Assembly: GCA_973895155.1 (NCBI GenBank)
Contig: OZ316895.1
Coordinates: 1,176,435 to 1,240,434 of the forward strand
Reading direction: 5' to 3'
DNA: 64,000 nucleotides
DNA from: Marsupella aquatica
Taxonomy: Eukaryota > Plantae > Marchantiophyta
Shown: in pieces, positions 50,501 through 64,000 of the stretch
Numbering within the stretch: the first letter of the stretch is position 1
Layout: every line of letters begins with the position of its first letter
Notes under the pieces: model-generated
Seen by the model: only the letters and a program-made list of their open reading frames with translations
What the model was told of the DNA's origin: nothing
The model's database searches: none
Made by a program: the position numbers and the translations under genes

Positions 50501-52055
50501 CGTGCAGAGTAGTAGGAAGCGAATGAGTCCATTGAGCTATTTATTCATCGATTCAACCATTAATTCTTCATCCCAAATAGATAGTTCATCGCTGACCCCA
50601 ATCCAACAATTGCATTGAGAGGGAAAGAGCCTATGATGCTGATATCCAAATACACACTGGACTCTACTTTGGCGAAATCGAGCTCATACAAACGAATTAA
50701 GGAAATCTGTAAACGCTTGTACAAATTCTGCGGGAGAAAGATGAACCTTTCACAAGATAATTCGATATCCGGGGAAGAAGGTCATTGGCAGACTTGCCCA
50801 TTGTAGGCCCGGATCAGTTGCTCTGGACCTCCCTTGCACTATTAATGTTTGATATCCAAGGCAAATAAGATACCTGCGCAAGATCCATGTGCGACCCATG
50901 CCTCCTCACGTTCATCGAGCTCCATGTACGCCCGGACACACTATTATACCGACACCACCATCCATCCAATGCTCGCAAAGAAGTTGTACCTACCCATACC
51001 CACCCAAGCTGAGAGTGAGGCGCCTCGATCGGTACATATCCCACCATCCCCGAAACCGTAGACGCTCTGCGGCAACTCCAATATCTACAAACTCGTAGAT
51101 CTCTCAATCGTCGACTCGGACTCGTTCGCAGGTACGAACCCGGGCTCTCTTGGCTGGATCAAATCTCGGTCACATATGACCGTATCCTAACCGCACCAGA
51201 GCTTGGGTCCTACAAACCTGATCTACGCAAATCCGAGAACATGCTTAAGTTTGCGAAGAGCGACTCTCTATTTTGATAGCAAAGGAATCCCGACCAAGCT
51301 CCCTTGTTCCTTCATGCCCCAAACGTTGCTGAGAGCCTGAATTGACGCACAACCCCGCGCACAACAACTCTACCAAGTTGGGAAAAGGGTCAGTGTGCAT
51401 GAAAGTGAAAGCGATATCGATAAAAAACCGTGAATAGATAGTGACACAAACAGATAGACCGCAAACTGTGAACATCTTTTGGGATTCCACAACTAATTTC
51501 GTTCGCTTTCACACCGGTCCAATCAGCATAGAGAAAGTTTTGGATAGCAGCTCGGAGAATCTGCGGAGCAAGTAATTGACATTAGTAGTAATTCACCGCA
51601 ATCAACTAGAGTACTTAACCTGATTATTTGTATCATGGGAACACTGATATTGCACTGCAGCGCTAACTTTACATCTTCACTTTCGAATTTTTCACAGGTA
51701 GCCATTGTGCTTATTTGATTTTGACAGATTGGGTCCAACTTTTTCATTTCAGTTGCATGCTATGACGCAATGATTTCGTCCGAATGATCATTCACGAAAA
51801 TGATCTAATAATCGATTGGAAATTTGATGTCGTAACAGTCCACTCTTAGCAGTCCAGTATTCTCCCTTTGTGCCCTGCCTCACTCGTGAACAGCCTGCTC
51901 CAACGATGAATTCTCAGACCTTGGGGCCCACGCTGCCCTTCGTAACTCGTAAGGCTTCCACGACTGTTCTCCATCCACGCCGGCGGCTGCTACTTGGTGC
52001 CGGCTGACCCCTGACACCAAAGCCACTGTAGTTCCATACACTGTAAGTTAAAATA

Positions 52056-52338
52056 CCTGAGCCAAGATGTGTGGATGTATGGCCATAATGAATGCAATAC
52101 CTTGAACAGAAGCTGCCTGAGCCAATATGTGTGGTATGGCGGAAAAAATGCAATACCCTGAACAGAAGTATTGTAGATAATGAGTGCAATAACCTGAACA
52201 GAAGCCCTCTGAGCCAAGATGTGTGGTACGACGATAATAAATGCAATACCATGAACAGAAGCCACCTAAGCCAAGATGTGTGGTATAGCAACGATAAATG
52301 AAATACCTAAACAGAAGATGCATGAGCCAAGATGTGTT
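52056..52338. repeat. ~58-bp degenerate tandem repeat, ~5 copies
   Basis: gagccaagatgtgtggta...tgcaatacc.tgaacagaagc recurs. Confidence 0.8.
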
Positions 52339-52554
52339 CGGACCACCTGGAGAGAAGGTTTACGTTTTTGGACAAAAAAGCATGTACACATCAGAGGAAA
52401 ATGGGGCTCACTCAGAGATGAGTCGGTTTGAGGGGCCTTATAACATGCGCTTTTCATTTCAAGAGCATTCCACAATTTTCTTCGAAACAGTCCCTGCTGT
52501 CTACCCTGGTTGGAAGGTTCATTGGAAGTGGTGCATCCCAGCATTAATGTCCAA

Positions 52555-54300
52555 CTAGCTCAATACCCGTGCATTGCACAAAAGAAGTCATGTCGGCCAA
52601 GATGTATGTCATGTCGGCCAAGAGGTCATTGAGCGAAAAGATGTCGTGTCGGCTAAGAGGTCGTGGAGAGAAAAGATATCGTGTCGGCCAAGAGGTCGTT
52701 GAGAGAAAAGAAGTCGTTGAGAAAAACAGATGTCGTGTCGACCAAGAGGTTGTTAAGAAAAAATATGCCGTGTCGGCCAAGCAATCGTTGAGAAAAAAGA
52801 TGTCATGTCGGCAAAGACGTCATTGAGGGAAAAGATGTCGTTTCGGCCATGATATCGTTGAGGGAAAATACCCGTGCATTTGCACAAAAGATGTCATGTC
52901 GCCCAATATGTTGTATGTGAAAGATGTCATGAAGTGAAAAAATGTCGTTTAGCAAAAAGAAGTCATTTTGCCAAAGATGTTGATAATAAATTAAAAGGTG
53001 TCATTTTGCCAAAGATATTGTGAAGTATAAGATGTTATAAGAATTTAAAGGTGTCATTTCACCCAAGTTGTCGTTGTGTGAAAGATATTATGAAGTAAAA
53101 ATTCAAGGAGAGAAGGAGCGAGTCTTTTTCTTTGTTTTGTTTTTTACCCAAAATGCTCTTGCATTTGAATGGCGGCCACTCTATACATTGGCCCAACATT
53201 AAATATTATCGGTTTCAGGTTTAGGGTTTTAGGGTATAGCAAAGATGACCATTCTCTCGCTATAGGGTCCCTATCCTTTCAATCCCATGCGTTGCATAAA
53301 AGATGTTATTTCGTTAAAGATGTTGTTGAGAAATAGATCATGGTGCAAAAGATATAGTTGAATAAAAAAATAAATTTGTTAAAATATATTATTCCACAAA
53401 ACCTCTTATTGAGTGAAAGATATCATTGTGCTAAATACTGGCTCTGGCAACCACAAAAGTTCCCTTTTCTTTTTTTCTTTATTCTCCTTGCACAAAACAC
53501 TGGCTATGACAACCACAAAAAACTACAAAATGAGGTGTTTTTTCCCCCCTTTTCAACCTTTTTTCTCTTATGTTCCTTTTAAACCTTAACCTCCCCCTTT
53601 TCACCATCACTCCACCTGCTCGCCCACCCCCCCCCCCATGTGTGACTGGAGCCCTTAGAGGGGCTGCCCTACATTGCAAGTGTGCCCCTCACCTGACACC
53701 TTGCCATCAATGCCCGTGCCATGAGTTTCACTATGTCTTTGGGCCTTGTTATTATTTTTTTTAGACATTGAAAATGACAGTGCAAATGATTCTAAAAATG
53801 ACTACAAATATTGGGAGAACAATTTTTTATTGATCAAGTGACTACAATATTATTAGCAATTAAACTACTCTTATCACTATTATACAAAACTATGGTGCAC
53901 AATGGTGCACACAATATTGAATATGTAGAATACTTATGTACAATATTTACTTGCATGGATCATGGAGGGAGTATCCTCCTTGATACTCTTGCATTGTGTT
54001 AATTAAAGTAGCATTGTGTTAATTAAAGTCTTTCACTTTTTTGGGTGTCCCTGTGACTATTTGGCTGTCCTGTGTGACTATTTGGCAGTCCACTGTGACT
54101 ATTTGGCTTGTCTTGGACAATGGTGTAAACTTTTTGTGTCACACTAAAATTCAATTCACAGTTTAGCTTTATTAGTTACCTTTGACCAGATTTTTAAATT
54201 TTTGGGTCCCCTGCAAATTTAAATGGCGACCACTCTAAAAAGTGGCGCAACTGTGTATTATAGTTTAGTATTGGGCTGCTTTGGTTTGCTCCTTTGCTGT
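52555..54300 (-). mobile_element. Non-autonomous Helitron-like element of the same family; 5' end uncertain
   Basis: Minus-strand 3' end gtgcaatgcacgggtattgagCTAG|T at 52555; further copies of the end motif at ~52870 and ~53285; aagatgtc repeats. Confidence 0.6.
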
Positions 54301-54304
54301 AGAT

Positions 54305-54428
54305 AAAATTGGGGTAAAACACTGTTCACTTATGCCCCTAGGAGAAAAAACAATGTCCTAGTGTAAAAATTGGGGTAAAACACTGTTCACTTATGCCCCT
54401 AGGAGAAAAAACAATGTCCTAGTGTAAA
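54305..54428. repeat. ~61-bp tandem duplication
   Basis: aaaattggggtaaaacactgttcacttatgcccctaggagaaaaaacaatgtcctagtgt occurs twice. Confidence 0.9.
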
Positions 54429-57400
54429 AAGTAAGTATCACGAGAGGATGCTAGGTCACCAGGTGGGTGACGATAGGAGATGACATCATTCCACTATCGT
54501 CACCCACCTGATTTTAAGTGGCCAGATACAAGGGGGAGTCCAGGATTCAGGCACTGCAAACCTCAAAGTTTGCAAGAGAACTCTAAGACTGTTCGATATC
54601 TTACGCAAAAGATCTTGGATGGAGAATATCTCTTCGTGACAGACATGCCAGGCCGTCACTCAGGTGAGCTGCACCAGTGGTCAAACGTTCCGCCACAGTA
54701 ATAATGGAGTGAAAAACTAGGGCGTAAAGCTAGTGACAGAAATAGTGTCACCAATCCTTTCGTCTGTCAAGCGGCCTCCCGTCGCTGTTCTGATCAAATC
54801 GAAAACCTCAAGAACCCTAAACCCTCACAGGCCGATATCCTTCTCATCTTTGACCAAACTCGAGCGAAAAGGAGTGCATGCTAAAGCTGATTCAATTTCG
54901 TTTCTTTTGTACGGGAGGCTTCAGGGAAAGAGACTTCACAGAATTTCCTTTACGGGAATCAAAATACTGATAGAGGTCACCCGTTTGACTGTGCACCTAG
55001 ACTGGCAACAGCTCAGAGTAAAAGTGGGACAGTAGAGGAAACGAATTCGCAGTCAATCAACGAATCAAGGGCTCGTTCGTGACTGTGTCAGCCGGGCACG
55101 AGGGTGAGCACTCGGAAGGCTTTACTGTAGATGTTTTGTGAGTTCGCGCGGCTTTCTGGAGACCCACTGTCAGGAGTTCGGCTCTCGAGACGATTGTCTC
55201 AATGCGTGTTCACCGGGTGGTCAAAAGCAAGGACACAAGAGCTGCGACTGACCTCGAGGGTCAGGTCAGTGGCTGGAATGCCTTCAATTTGGTTGATTTT
55301 GGTATTAATTTGTAGTGTACCAGCAGCAGTCGGGCGAGTCAAAGCAACAGTCTCTCGTAAGACTCTATCGAAGCACAAACTGACAAACCCTAACGTTGGG
55401 TGCATCGAGACAATGATGGTCCTATCTGGTACTGTTATTCTGTCATAATTATTTAGATGCAGGAGCAATGGAGCATACAAAGAGCACACAACGTATGGGC
55501 AACACTCTAAGTGCAGGCTATCGGGAAGACACCCAAACAGGCACTTATTCAGGTTATGCACATCGTTTATGCATTTCTCAAACTGTGCATGTTGCACTTT
55601 CCAATAAGTGCATAAAAATAGCTTATGCATTTTTGCAGGTGTGTTGTCAGGTAGTACACTTTTGCACTCCTCATACCCAAAATACCCATAAAGTCTGATT
55701 CAACTGCATAAGTACATGAAACTACCATGTGTAGTTGTCCACTTCACTTATCAATAAATGCTTCTAAGATATGTGTTGCACTAATTAATTCATGCATGTG
55801 CAATATTATAAACTGAAATGGGCTTATGTGTTTGTATAGTGACATTAACCTGCACTTATAAATATTGTATTTTTTGGTGCATTTACAAAGAAAGATACTC
55901 TATTTATTAGGAAACCACAGGACTGACCTGTAGTTACTCACAGAATGCACTTATGAATGTTGCAATTATCCAATGTGGACTGGACAATACTTGTAGTTGC
56001 ATAGAACTTTAGGTTTGTCTCTAGGAATCTGAAGTTCTGTAGTTTAGGGGTATCTTCGTTTTATCAAGAGATATAAATATGTAAAGACTTTCCTTACTTT
56101 TCTCTTTGTATTTTTTTAGTACAATAATTCTCCATAATGCGCCTTTTTTTTAGGAGGGGATTGTACAAAACATCATAAATATAGTTAAACTAAAAATTAA
56201 ATATAGTTTTACCATACCAAAAAAATTTAAATTTAGTCAAGATCTGAAGATGATAACCAAATCTTATATGGTGATATTAACAAAATATCTATGGATAGAA
56301 TCTAATATAACTAAATAACTTATATTTTTGGCCAATTTCATAGCAACCACTTCTTGGATGACCCTTTAATTTGAATTTTCTATTTGAGGGATTCACTTTT
56401 ACTTGTTTGTTATCTAAAAGTCACTCAAGTTTTTACGTATATTAATGTCCTAGTTACGGGCATTATATCCCACAATGCCCTCTAACCAGGACATTATCCT
56501 ATTCCGAAGGGCTCAGGATAAACTTTCTCTCCCCATGGACCAAAAAAGCAATTTTCTTGCCTGTTAGGATTTCCTGTAGTTTCCACCCGGCCTGTGAGGA
56601 TTTCCCTATCCCTCTAGGCAATCTTTGGCCCTAAGAGTCTTTGCAAGCCCAAGGAGGGATAAGGTTTTTTTATATTAATTCTGATTACACTGTTCAGTGT
56701 ATATGGAATAGACGTGCTTTGCCCGTTTGGGCTTTGGCGTTGAACAACTTGTAGGGCCTGGGAGGGATAATTTTGAATACTTTGTCCACCATGTATACCA
56801 GACAGACATGCTTTTATCTATTTGGGCTCTCTTTGTTGACTAGACTCTTTGTAAGGGCAGGGGAGTATACATGTTTCTGCCTACAATCCCTGTGTTATAA
56901 TATAGGGGATAATATTGTGAACTTTCTGGGCAAGGAAACTCTCAGAGGAGAAATTGCAAACATAAACCTGGACTGGCCCAATGATATTGATACTGTCTAG
57001 GTGCTTCTTTTTGTAGTTTGCACATCTTGAAGGATAGCCATAGCTATCTATAGGATGAGCACGAAGTATGCAATTTGAGAAACGCAATGAAAACACAATG
57101 AGAAACAGAACCGGCTCCCAATGGATTTCATAAAGGCAGGCACATTTGAACTTCAACTTTCCTTTGTAATACATATACAAAGCGTACAATGTATTCACAT
57201 AATTAGGAAAGCCAGGGCCGGGGCTATGGTGCTCACATTGGGGCTTCCATGCTCCAATGCAGTTATGAACTTCCTCAACTGCACAGTTACTCCATGCCAT
57301 GTTACTACAAAGGACCAACTACAGTACAAAATGAGGCTACATGGTAAGTCCAAATATGTGGTATCGCCCCTCACAAGAACATGGTTACATTATGGAGTGG

Positions 57401-60239
57401 GGCCAGAGGTCAACTACAGTAGGGGAGCATATGAAACATTAGGTCCAATGGAAGACAATTTGAAACTTTCGTCCATCGAGAGATAAAATCTCTCCTTCTA
57501 AATATATCTCTCATTTTGTCTCAAAGGATCTCCAAGAGGACTTCTAAATATATCTCTCATCTTGTCTCAAAGGATCTGAGTCAACGGTTAAGTCCCTTGA
57601 AAACTTTGTAGTGGTGGCTGCATGCCTTGCCTTTTACATAGGAACAATAGCTCTTTCTCGTAAAGATTGGTGTGACAATTGAAGGGCTCTCCTACACTTA
57701 CCTCTAGTAACATTTGCCTAGAAAAACATATTTATCTTATCATGAAAATTCCAAAAAATAATAATCGCTGCAATGTGATTGGTTATGATGGGCTGGATCC
57801 AAACTGGTCCAGATTTGTTTTGGGGCTCTGGCAATCTTATTGTCCATCTTAGGGTGTGACATACAGCTCAAATGGAAGACAACGTTGAGATTGAAATATG
57901 GGTTCTTTTTTATTTAAACAAATTCACACCATTTCTATCTTTTCTCTCTATAGATTACCTCCCCCAAGGTGAACAACACCTTATATTCCACCCCTTCTCT
58001 AAATCCTCTCCATTGGCGCAAGCATCTCCCCGAGATTCTTATTAAACTATCAGGCTATATTATTATGGGATACTGGACCGATTTGGATGTCAGACAGGAG
58101 GAATGAAAACACTAATATAAAGTGCAAGGTATTGTAGATGTGGAATGACTGTGTAGGTCATCGCAAAAGATTGTGGGCAAAAAATTGTCATGGGCCAGTG
58201 CAGGCTAGTGCAAAGAAAGATAATCTCAAGGGGTAGGGAAGGCAAAAATCTATCTATTGAGCATAAATCAAATCTTTGTGCAAACAAAAGAACATATTGG
58301 ATAATACAAGGGCAAGAAGGGAACCTCAAAGTGCATGATTGAGATAGCAGTCAGAAACATGTCAGAGAAAAATTGGGATTATATGATGTTAAGTTTTTGA
58401 GAAGTACAGTAGCTGAAACCATAACAACCATGTTCCGACCAACTCACGTAAAAGTCTTGATGACAACAACACACGACATCAAGTGCAACTTTTGGCCATA
58501 GTGATCTTGCACTTGCGGTGAATTTCAGAAGACGTTGGTTCCTTGTTTAACACATGCATGGGGAACAATGTCTTGTCTGCACTTCCATCTCTATGATTAC
58601 GGGTCTTTGTCAGGGTCTTTATACTACAGCACAGAGACATATAAGCAAGCGTATCACTGCCATTTACATGCTTTGGTGCGAGATGGGCTCATTTCACCCC
58701 TGGTCTGGTTCTTTAGTCAGAAAATGACAAAACAAACGTCCAATAGAGACTACAAATGTGCTTTGACAGCCAAGCCAGTGCACGATTAGCTAGGGATGTG
58801 CTGAAATTGAGCTGCAATGGAGGCCCAACACCCAGGGTCCACACTCCTTTGCTTCCAACAAATCACACAAAAATCACTATAGGTTTCTTTTTACTGGGTT
58901 TCGTGAAAGACTATTTAATTTTTGTGGAAGAATATTTAGGGTATTTTATTCCAGTTTTCAGAATTATAAGAATCTTAGGGTTTTTTAAACCATATGTGAA
59001 TACATTCATTCAATCTTTCAAAAAGTTAGGAAAAATCCCCAAAAAACTTCATTTATTTATGTCTTAGGGTGGTTATTCTCCCAAATTTTGCAAAGTGATA
59101 CGGGACCCCTGTTGGACTGAGTCTTCCTAGGCCCAAAAATCTATGAGATCCTGGCAAATAATGTCACACACAATATTGATGGGGCAGACATCAAATAGGG
59201 CTCACACCAAGGTTGTAGATGCAGTTCAAGCTTGCATAGACTGCTAGAGTGGAGCTAAGCAAATCAAGCTGAAAACAAAATTTTGAATGTACACAGATAA
59301 TTAACATGTTGCAAACATTGCACATTTTTTAATTTGTAAGACAGATCCCTCTGTGTGACCCTCCTATGTATATTTGTAGGCTCTGTGTTCTCTTGTGTTT
59401 GTTAGGGGCTGGCAAACTTGTGAGGTGCCTTTGGCCCTATTGTGGTCTTTCCCTTTTCCTTTCCCCCCTTCATTGGGTCTTTTGCCTTGACTACCCTGTC
59501 TCCTGGTCTGAAGCGCAACATTCCACAAACATTATGCCATATATATGGAATGCGCACAAGAGCTAGGCAGTGTTTGTTTACTATAACACCTTTGAAAATC
59601 AGCGGGGCCAACAATGGCAGCTAAACAATTGGCCTCCCTAAACCCATCTATCACAGGAGTGCTTTCTCACTGGAGTGCTCCTGCTAGACAGAAATTTCCT
59701 TCACTAATGGAAACTCAACCTAATCTATGAAAAGGTGTAAAACTTTAGAAGATATAATAGTCAGGCAGATTTTTGCGGTGCAGGTGCGCACCCAAAATGT
59801 GCAGACAACCGAGTTGGCAACCACAATTTTTTGCCTGGGATTTTTTACTATCTCTAGGCCGCAGATCTTCCATTACCTCTACAGCTTGTATGACACCTCT
59901 CAAAGTTATCCCCATCTGCTCACTTTCGCCAGAAATAGTTTTGACCTTGTTTTCTGGCGTTCAAGTCTCGAGAGATGCAAACTTTTCGACTCCCTGTTCT
60001 CACCAAATACCTAATCCCATGCTAAACATGTATCCAGTCTCCTTTCTGGTGTAAACTCGCACAGCAAGTTTTGCAGTCCATGGAGACAAGAGGCAACAAC
60101 ATCTTGCTCCATCCTAGCTTTGGCTTCCAAAACACAAAGCAGTCTCTCTCAATTCCCACGTGCCAGAGAAGGTAGTACTGGGTACAGGCTTAGCATAATG
60201 CCCGTGTCTACCCGTATACAGTACAGCATCCGTTTCGAA

Positions 60240-60363
60240 ATGCCTCTTGGGTTTTCCCATTACCCATGTACCCTGTAATAAAAATCAAGTACTGTATGCC
60301 TCTTGGGTTTTCCCATTACCCATGTACCCTCTAATAAAAATCAAGTACTGTATGCCTCTTGGG
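60240..60363. repeat. ~56-bp tandem duplication
   Basis: atgcctcttgggttttcccattacccatgtaccct.taataaaaatcaagtactgt occurs twice, plus a partial third copy. Confidence 0.9.
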
Positions 60364-62178
60364 TGTTCCATGTTAGTCAATCCAACATTTGTCATTTGTA
60401 CTACATAGTGGCCAGTAGCCACCAAAAGTAAGTATTGTCCCTTTGGCATCCCATGTCAGTAATCAAGGGAATATTTTGGCAGGATTGTTTATAGTACTGG
60501 TAGAGATGATGCAACATCCACAATTCTCGTTGCGGATAAGTCCGTCAAAGACTCTCCAGTCTTCTTCCTTAGCCGCCGCCTAGTTCCATTTTTCTCAGGT
60601 CCTCTTATTAGGCTCCACAATTCTTCCACTCTGCAGCCCAACCTTACTAAGATTCTAAGAGAGTCTATCCTACGCAGCAAAGGCGCTACAGTGACTTGAA
60701 AGTGTTGAAGATGTTGAAAATGGTCGTTGGGGTTGATCACGGTCTTGGGGGCTTGAAAAGAACTCTCAGGGCTCTTTCTTTCTAATATAGCCTAGATGAG
60801 ATAGATGAGCTCAATCATCTGTGGACCTATTTTTTTTTGGACCACTTTTTTTTCCCTTTTTAATTGCATTGTGCTTTTTTACTTTGGTGGAACTTGTTAC
60901 CTTTACTTGTTACCTTTGCTGAATCTGACAAATCAATTAATCCTTGTCACCTGAGATTGGATCCTTTCATGCATTTTTTATCACAAACTTATTAGAACAC
61001 CGCGCCGTCCACTTTTATTCAGGGTCTACCATTTATTTTCTCCAGACCTGACATATTGGCTGCAGTCACGTTACTTTAGTATATTAATTATACCGCACGT
61101 TTGCTCAATTGGTCCGAGTGAACAATGACGGTATGTGCACAGTCATGATCATAAGGCCCTTCTGGCCTTCTAGAAGAAGCAGCCAGAAGGGTTGAGGTCT
61201 CGGGCCCACACAGTTTGTGAAGGACACTCATGATCTTACCAAATCTATAACTCTGGCAGGTCTTTTTGGTGCAGAGACAGATCGACTCCTACTGAGGCAC
61301 TGCACCGGTTTCAGTTTCTAATTATCGAGCACCGGTCATTCAGTCTACACCAACCGGTGATCGCCACGGACGAGGAAGATACAGGGGCAGTTCGAAAGAA
61401 GCAGCATGAGAAACTGCATTTACAACCCGAGTCTTGTCTGACCCAAGGCCCTCCGTTCGAACTCGCTGTATCGTGGACCTCGTCAGGAAGTATCATAAGC
61501 AATAAGCACATACGAGTTAGGTTTCTTTCTTCTTCTTCTTTATCTCTTTTGCCATGTGTCCATGCCACCAAGAAAGATGCAGCAAAGATTGCTTGCCTAA
61601 TTTTACTCCCTATATTTAAATGTGATGGGTACATGCAATATATAAGATTCTGGATACAATATGTGTTGGTAAAACAATCTTTGGTGTTGGTGAAGTATTC
61701 CTCTCTTTACATTTCCCTATACTTACAATGGGAACCCCTCCTCAAAAGAAAGGAGGTATTGTGGAAAATTACTTCTCACATTTTTGAATTTTCATCAGAT
61801 TGGGTGGAATGCCTGCTGAAAACCAGTTAAATTCAATCGGTACAATTCATGCAACAAAATATTTGTGGAAGAATGGGATGACAAGAGAGTTTTATATTCT
61901 TCAAGAAATATTTTGTTCCATTCTCATCAATTGTCTGTTTTACTAATTGTCATCTGGACAGAAAAAGAGCATGGCCATTTGCTAGAAAACTTCCTTTCTG
62001 CCTCCCAGTGTGCCTCTACCTCGCCTTTCTCCCTGCCCCACTTCACTCCATGCCTTGCCCTCGCCAATCATGCAATGCTAGCATTGGGCTTGTGCAACAT
62101 TAAACACAAACTTAATGCCTAAGAGTACCACACTGGAGATATCCCAAAGATTCAAATTGTGCAGGCCTTTTCTGTTCC

Positions 62179-63167
62179 GAGATATATGCTTGATGGGCCC
62201 CCTGGTGAACCTTTCTTACCTGATGGGCCCCTAGGTAACTTTTTTTACCAAGTAGGACCCCTCTTAATGACCAGTACACCTGTTCTTGAGTGGTGCCTAC
62301 ACCTGTCCTTGTGTGGTGCCTACTATATATGGTGACTCCAAGCAAACTGCACAGTTGAACTGTGCGTGCGGTCAACCTTGCATGGTCGCACGACCGAGAA
62401 ACCACGGAGATGATTTGGGAGAAACTGCGAAAAGCGACTGCCGCTGTCAAAACTATGATTTGAAGACAATATGCATTATGTCTTCGGATTCAATGGGTTA
62501 ATGCCTGAAGACTCAATGGATTATGTCTTCCCGTGTTTCAAGGTTTAGGGTTTAGGGTGTACCCCGACACCTTTGGGTCTGTCTTCTTTTGAAATTGTTT
62601 GTATGCATTGCACAGGGGAGTATTACCATTTTTTGAGCGCAATTGTCAATCATTTGCCAATTTTTGTTGTGGCGGCAGTAGGCAAATTCTAAACATTGAA
62701 CTTGAATATTCTTTGTGGACATTTGGAGGTATCCCACACTGATGCTGACAGTCGTGCATGAAAACATCGTGAAAAACCCATGTGCGCAACGTGAAAAACA
62801 TACCTAATAACTACCCCACGATACGGTAAAAATTTGAACCTGAAGACATAATCCATTGTGTCTTTAGGCATTAACCTAGTGAATCCGAAGACATAATGCA
62901 TATTGTCTTCAAATCGCAGTTTTGACAGCGGCAGTCACTTTTCGCAGTTTCTCCCGAATCATCTTCGTGGTTTCTCAGTCAACCATGCACGGTTGACCGC
63001 ACGGTTGACCGCACGGTTCAACTGTGCAGTTTGCTTGGAGTCACCATACATAGTAGACACCACACAAGGACAGGTGTAGGCACCACACAAGAGCAGGTGT
63101 ATTGGTCATTAAGATGGGTCCTACTTGGTAAAAAAAGTTACCTAGGGGCCCATCAAGCATATATCTC
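62179..63167. mobile_element. Mutator-like (MULE) non-autonomous element, 989 bp, with ~330-350-bp TIRs
   Basis: TIR starts GAGATATATGCTTGATGGGCCCC at both ends; 10-bp TSD TTTCTGTTCC at 62169-62178 and 63168-63177. Confidence 0.95.
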
Positions 63168-64000
63168 TTTCTGTTCCCCTTTAGCTTTTCTTTCATTAGT
63201 GAAATTCTTTCTCCTTTTCACGGAAAGTTGTAGGAGATTTGCAAATTTCCTGATCAATTTCACTTTCCTCTCAAATGAATACTCGTGTTATCCAGGCTAT
63301 GTAAAGGAAAATGTGTCATGGGAGCAAAAGGAGCAAAGGTGCCAGGGACTTTTTTACAACAGGAGAGAGTGTCACATTGTCACTAGAAAAGTGACCCCTG
63401 AACTATATGGAATAATTGGCCCAATTATGAGTAGTTGGTGTGCTGAGGTCCCAAGACTAAGAGCAGAGATTGCACGGGAGAGGCGGTGACATTGCTCTCC
63501 TATTGTCCCATTTTTGGGGTGTCTGATTTGCTGTTCTATGTGGTACACCCTACTCCTCTCTCTTGGGCAGTGTCTTGGTTCAGGCCTCTTGCCTTTGTTG
63601 GATGGTTGGCCCTTGTTCGGACTGCCGTCATCCTGGTGTGTAAGGTGGTTTCCTTTGGGTGGTTTTGTCCCCTTTGAGTGTAGTTTTTGTGTGCTTTGGC
63701 CCCCTGGGTCTGTTTCTGCCCCGCTGGTCTTCATCGCGGCGGCCTCTGAAATAAATGGGTGTTCTGCCGCCTTCTGCTTAAAAATAAAAATAAAGCAGAA
63801 GGTTGGCCGACCCAGGACATTGTACGAAGAGTGACAAACTGTACAGAGAGTTATTGGACCTCAGAACAGTAAGGATTTGTGAGTACTTAAATAAGACAAA
63901 ATTGGAAAATGGTTTGTGGCTCAGTTTACGATATACCCTTGTGAGGATTTAACTGAAGATTGCTGACTCGGTTTAGGATATGGCCTTCTTTTGGTGACTC

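Noticed and set aside
50257-51747. Possible decayed host gene (F-box-like LWNP) on the minus strand
   Set aside because: Fragmentary and no recognisable domain
53215-53235. TTTAGGG doublets (also ~17333 and ~62543) as interstitial telomeres
   Set aside because: Only 2-3 units; common telo-box-like motifs
54480-55630. Coding-like segment with broken ORFs (also 41300-42450 and 63200-63830)
   Set aside because: No recognisable motifs; cannot be assigned without a search
57750-58500. Possible Ulp1-type protease remnant on the minus strand (IIFLCTSLHW...)
   Set aside because: Only a weak HW-like motif; no convincing catalytic Cys motif; many stops

Overview
Eukaryotic, land-plant-like DNA: GT-AG introns, plant TE families, TTTAGGG motifs and a CYP71-clan P450. 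A non-seed plant such as a liverwort is only a guess. The window is mostly nested transposons. In order: a decayed LINE (1-2.1 kb); LTR/Copia remnants (3.7-8.0 kb); an orphan CACTA end (8.0-8.5 kb); a decayed Ty3/Gypsy element (8.5-32.2 kb) split inside its RT by an 18,001-bp CACTA with both ends intact (11010-29010, TIR CACTAGAAGAA, TSD GTA); a long-TIR element holding an LTR remnant and a small CACTA (32.4-36.0 kb); a frameshifted P450 and an inverted, decayed copy of it (37.3-44.3 kb); three related non-autonomous Helitron-like elements; and a Mutator-like MITE (62179-63167). The main observation is the cargo of the 18-kb CACTA. Upstream of the TnpD/TnpA-like genes, on the same strand, sit three open, intronless ORFs: a Cys/His-rich protein, a stand-alone EDM2-type PHD module and a tandem Pol-lambda-like BRCT protein. 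A captured RPL18a exon lies further upstream on the opposite strand. This may be a transposon-encoded chromatin-reader and DNA-repair-adaptor cassette. All family assignments come from motifs recognised by eye; no database search was run.
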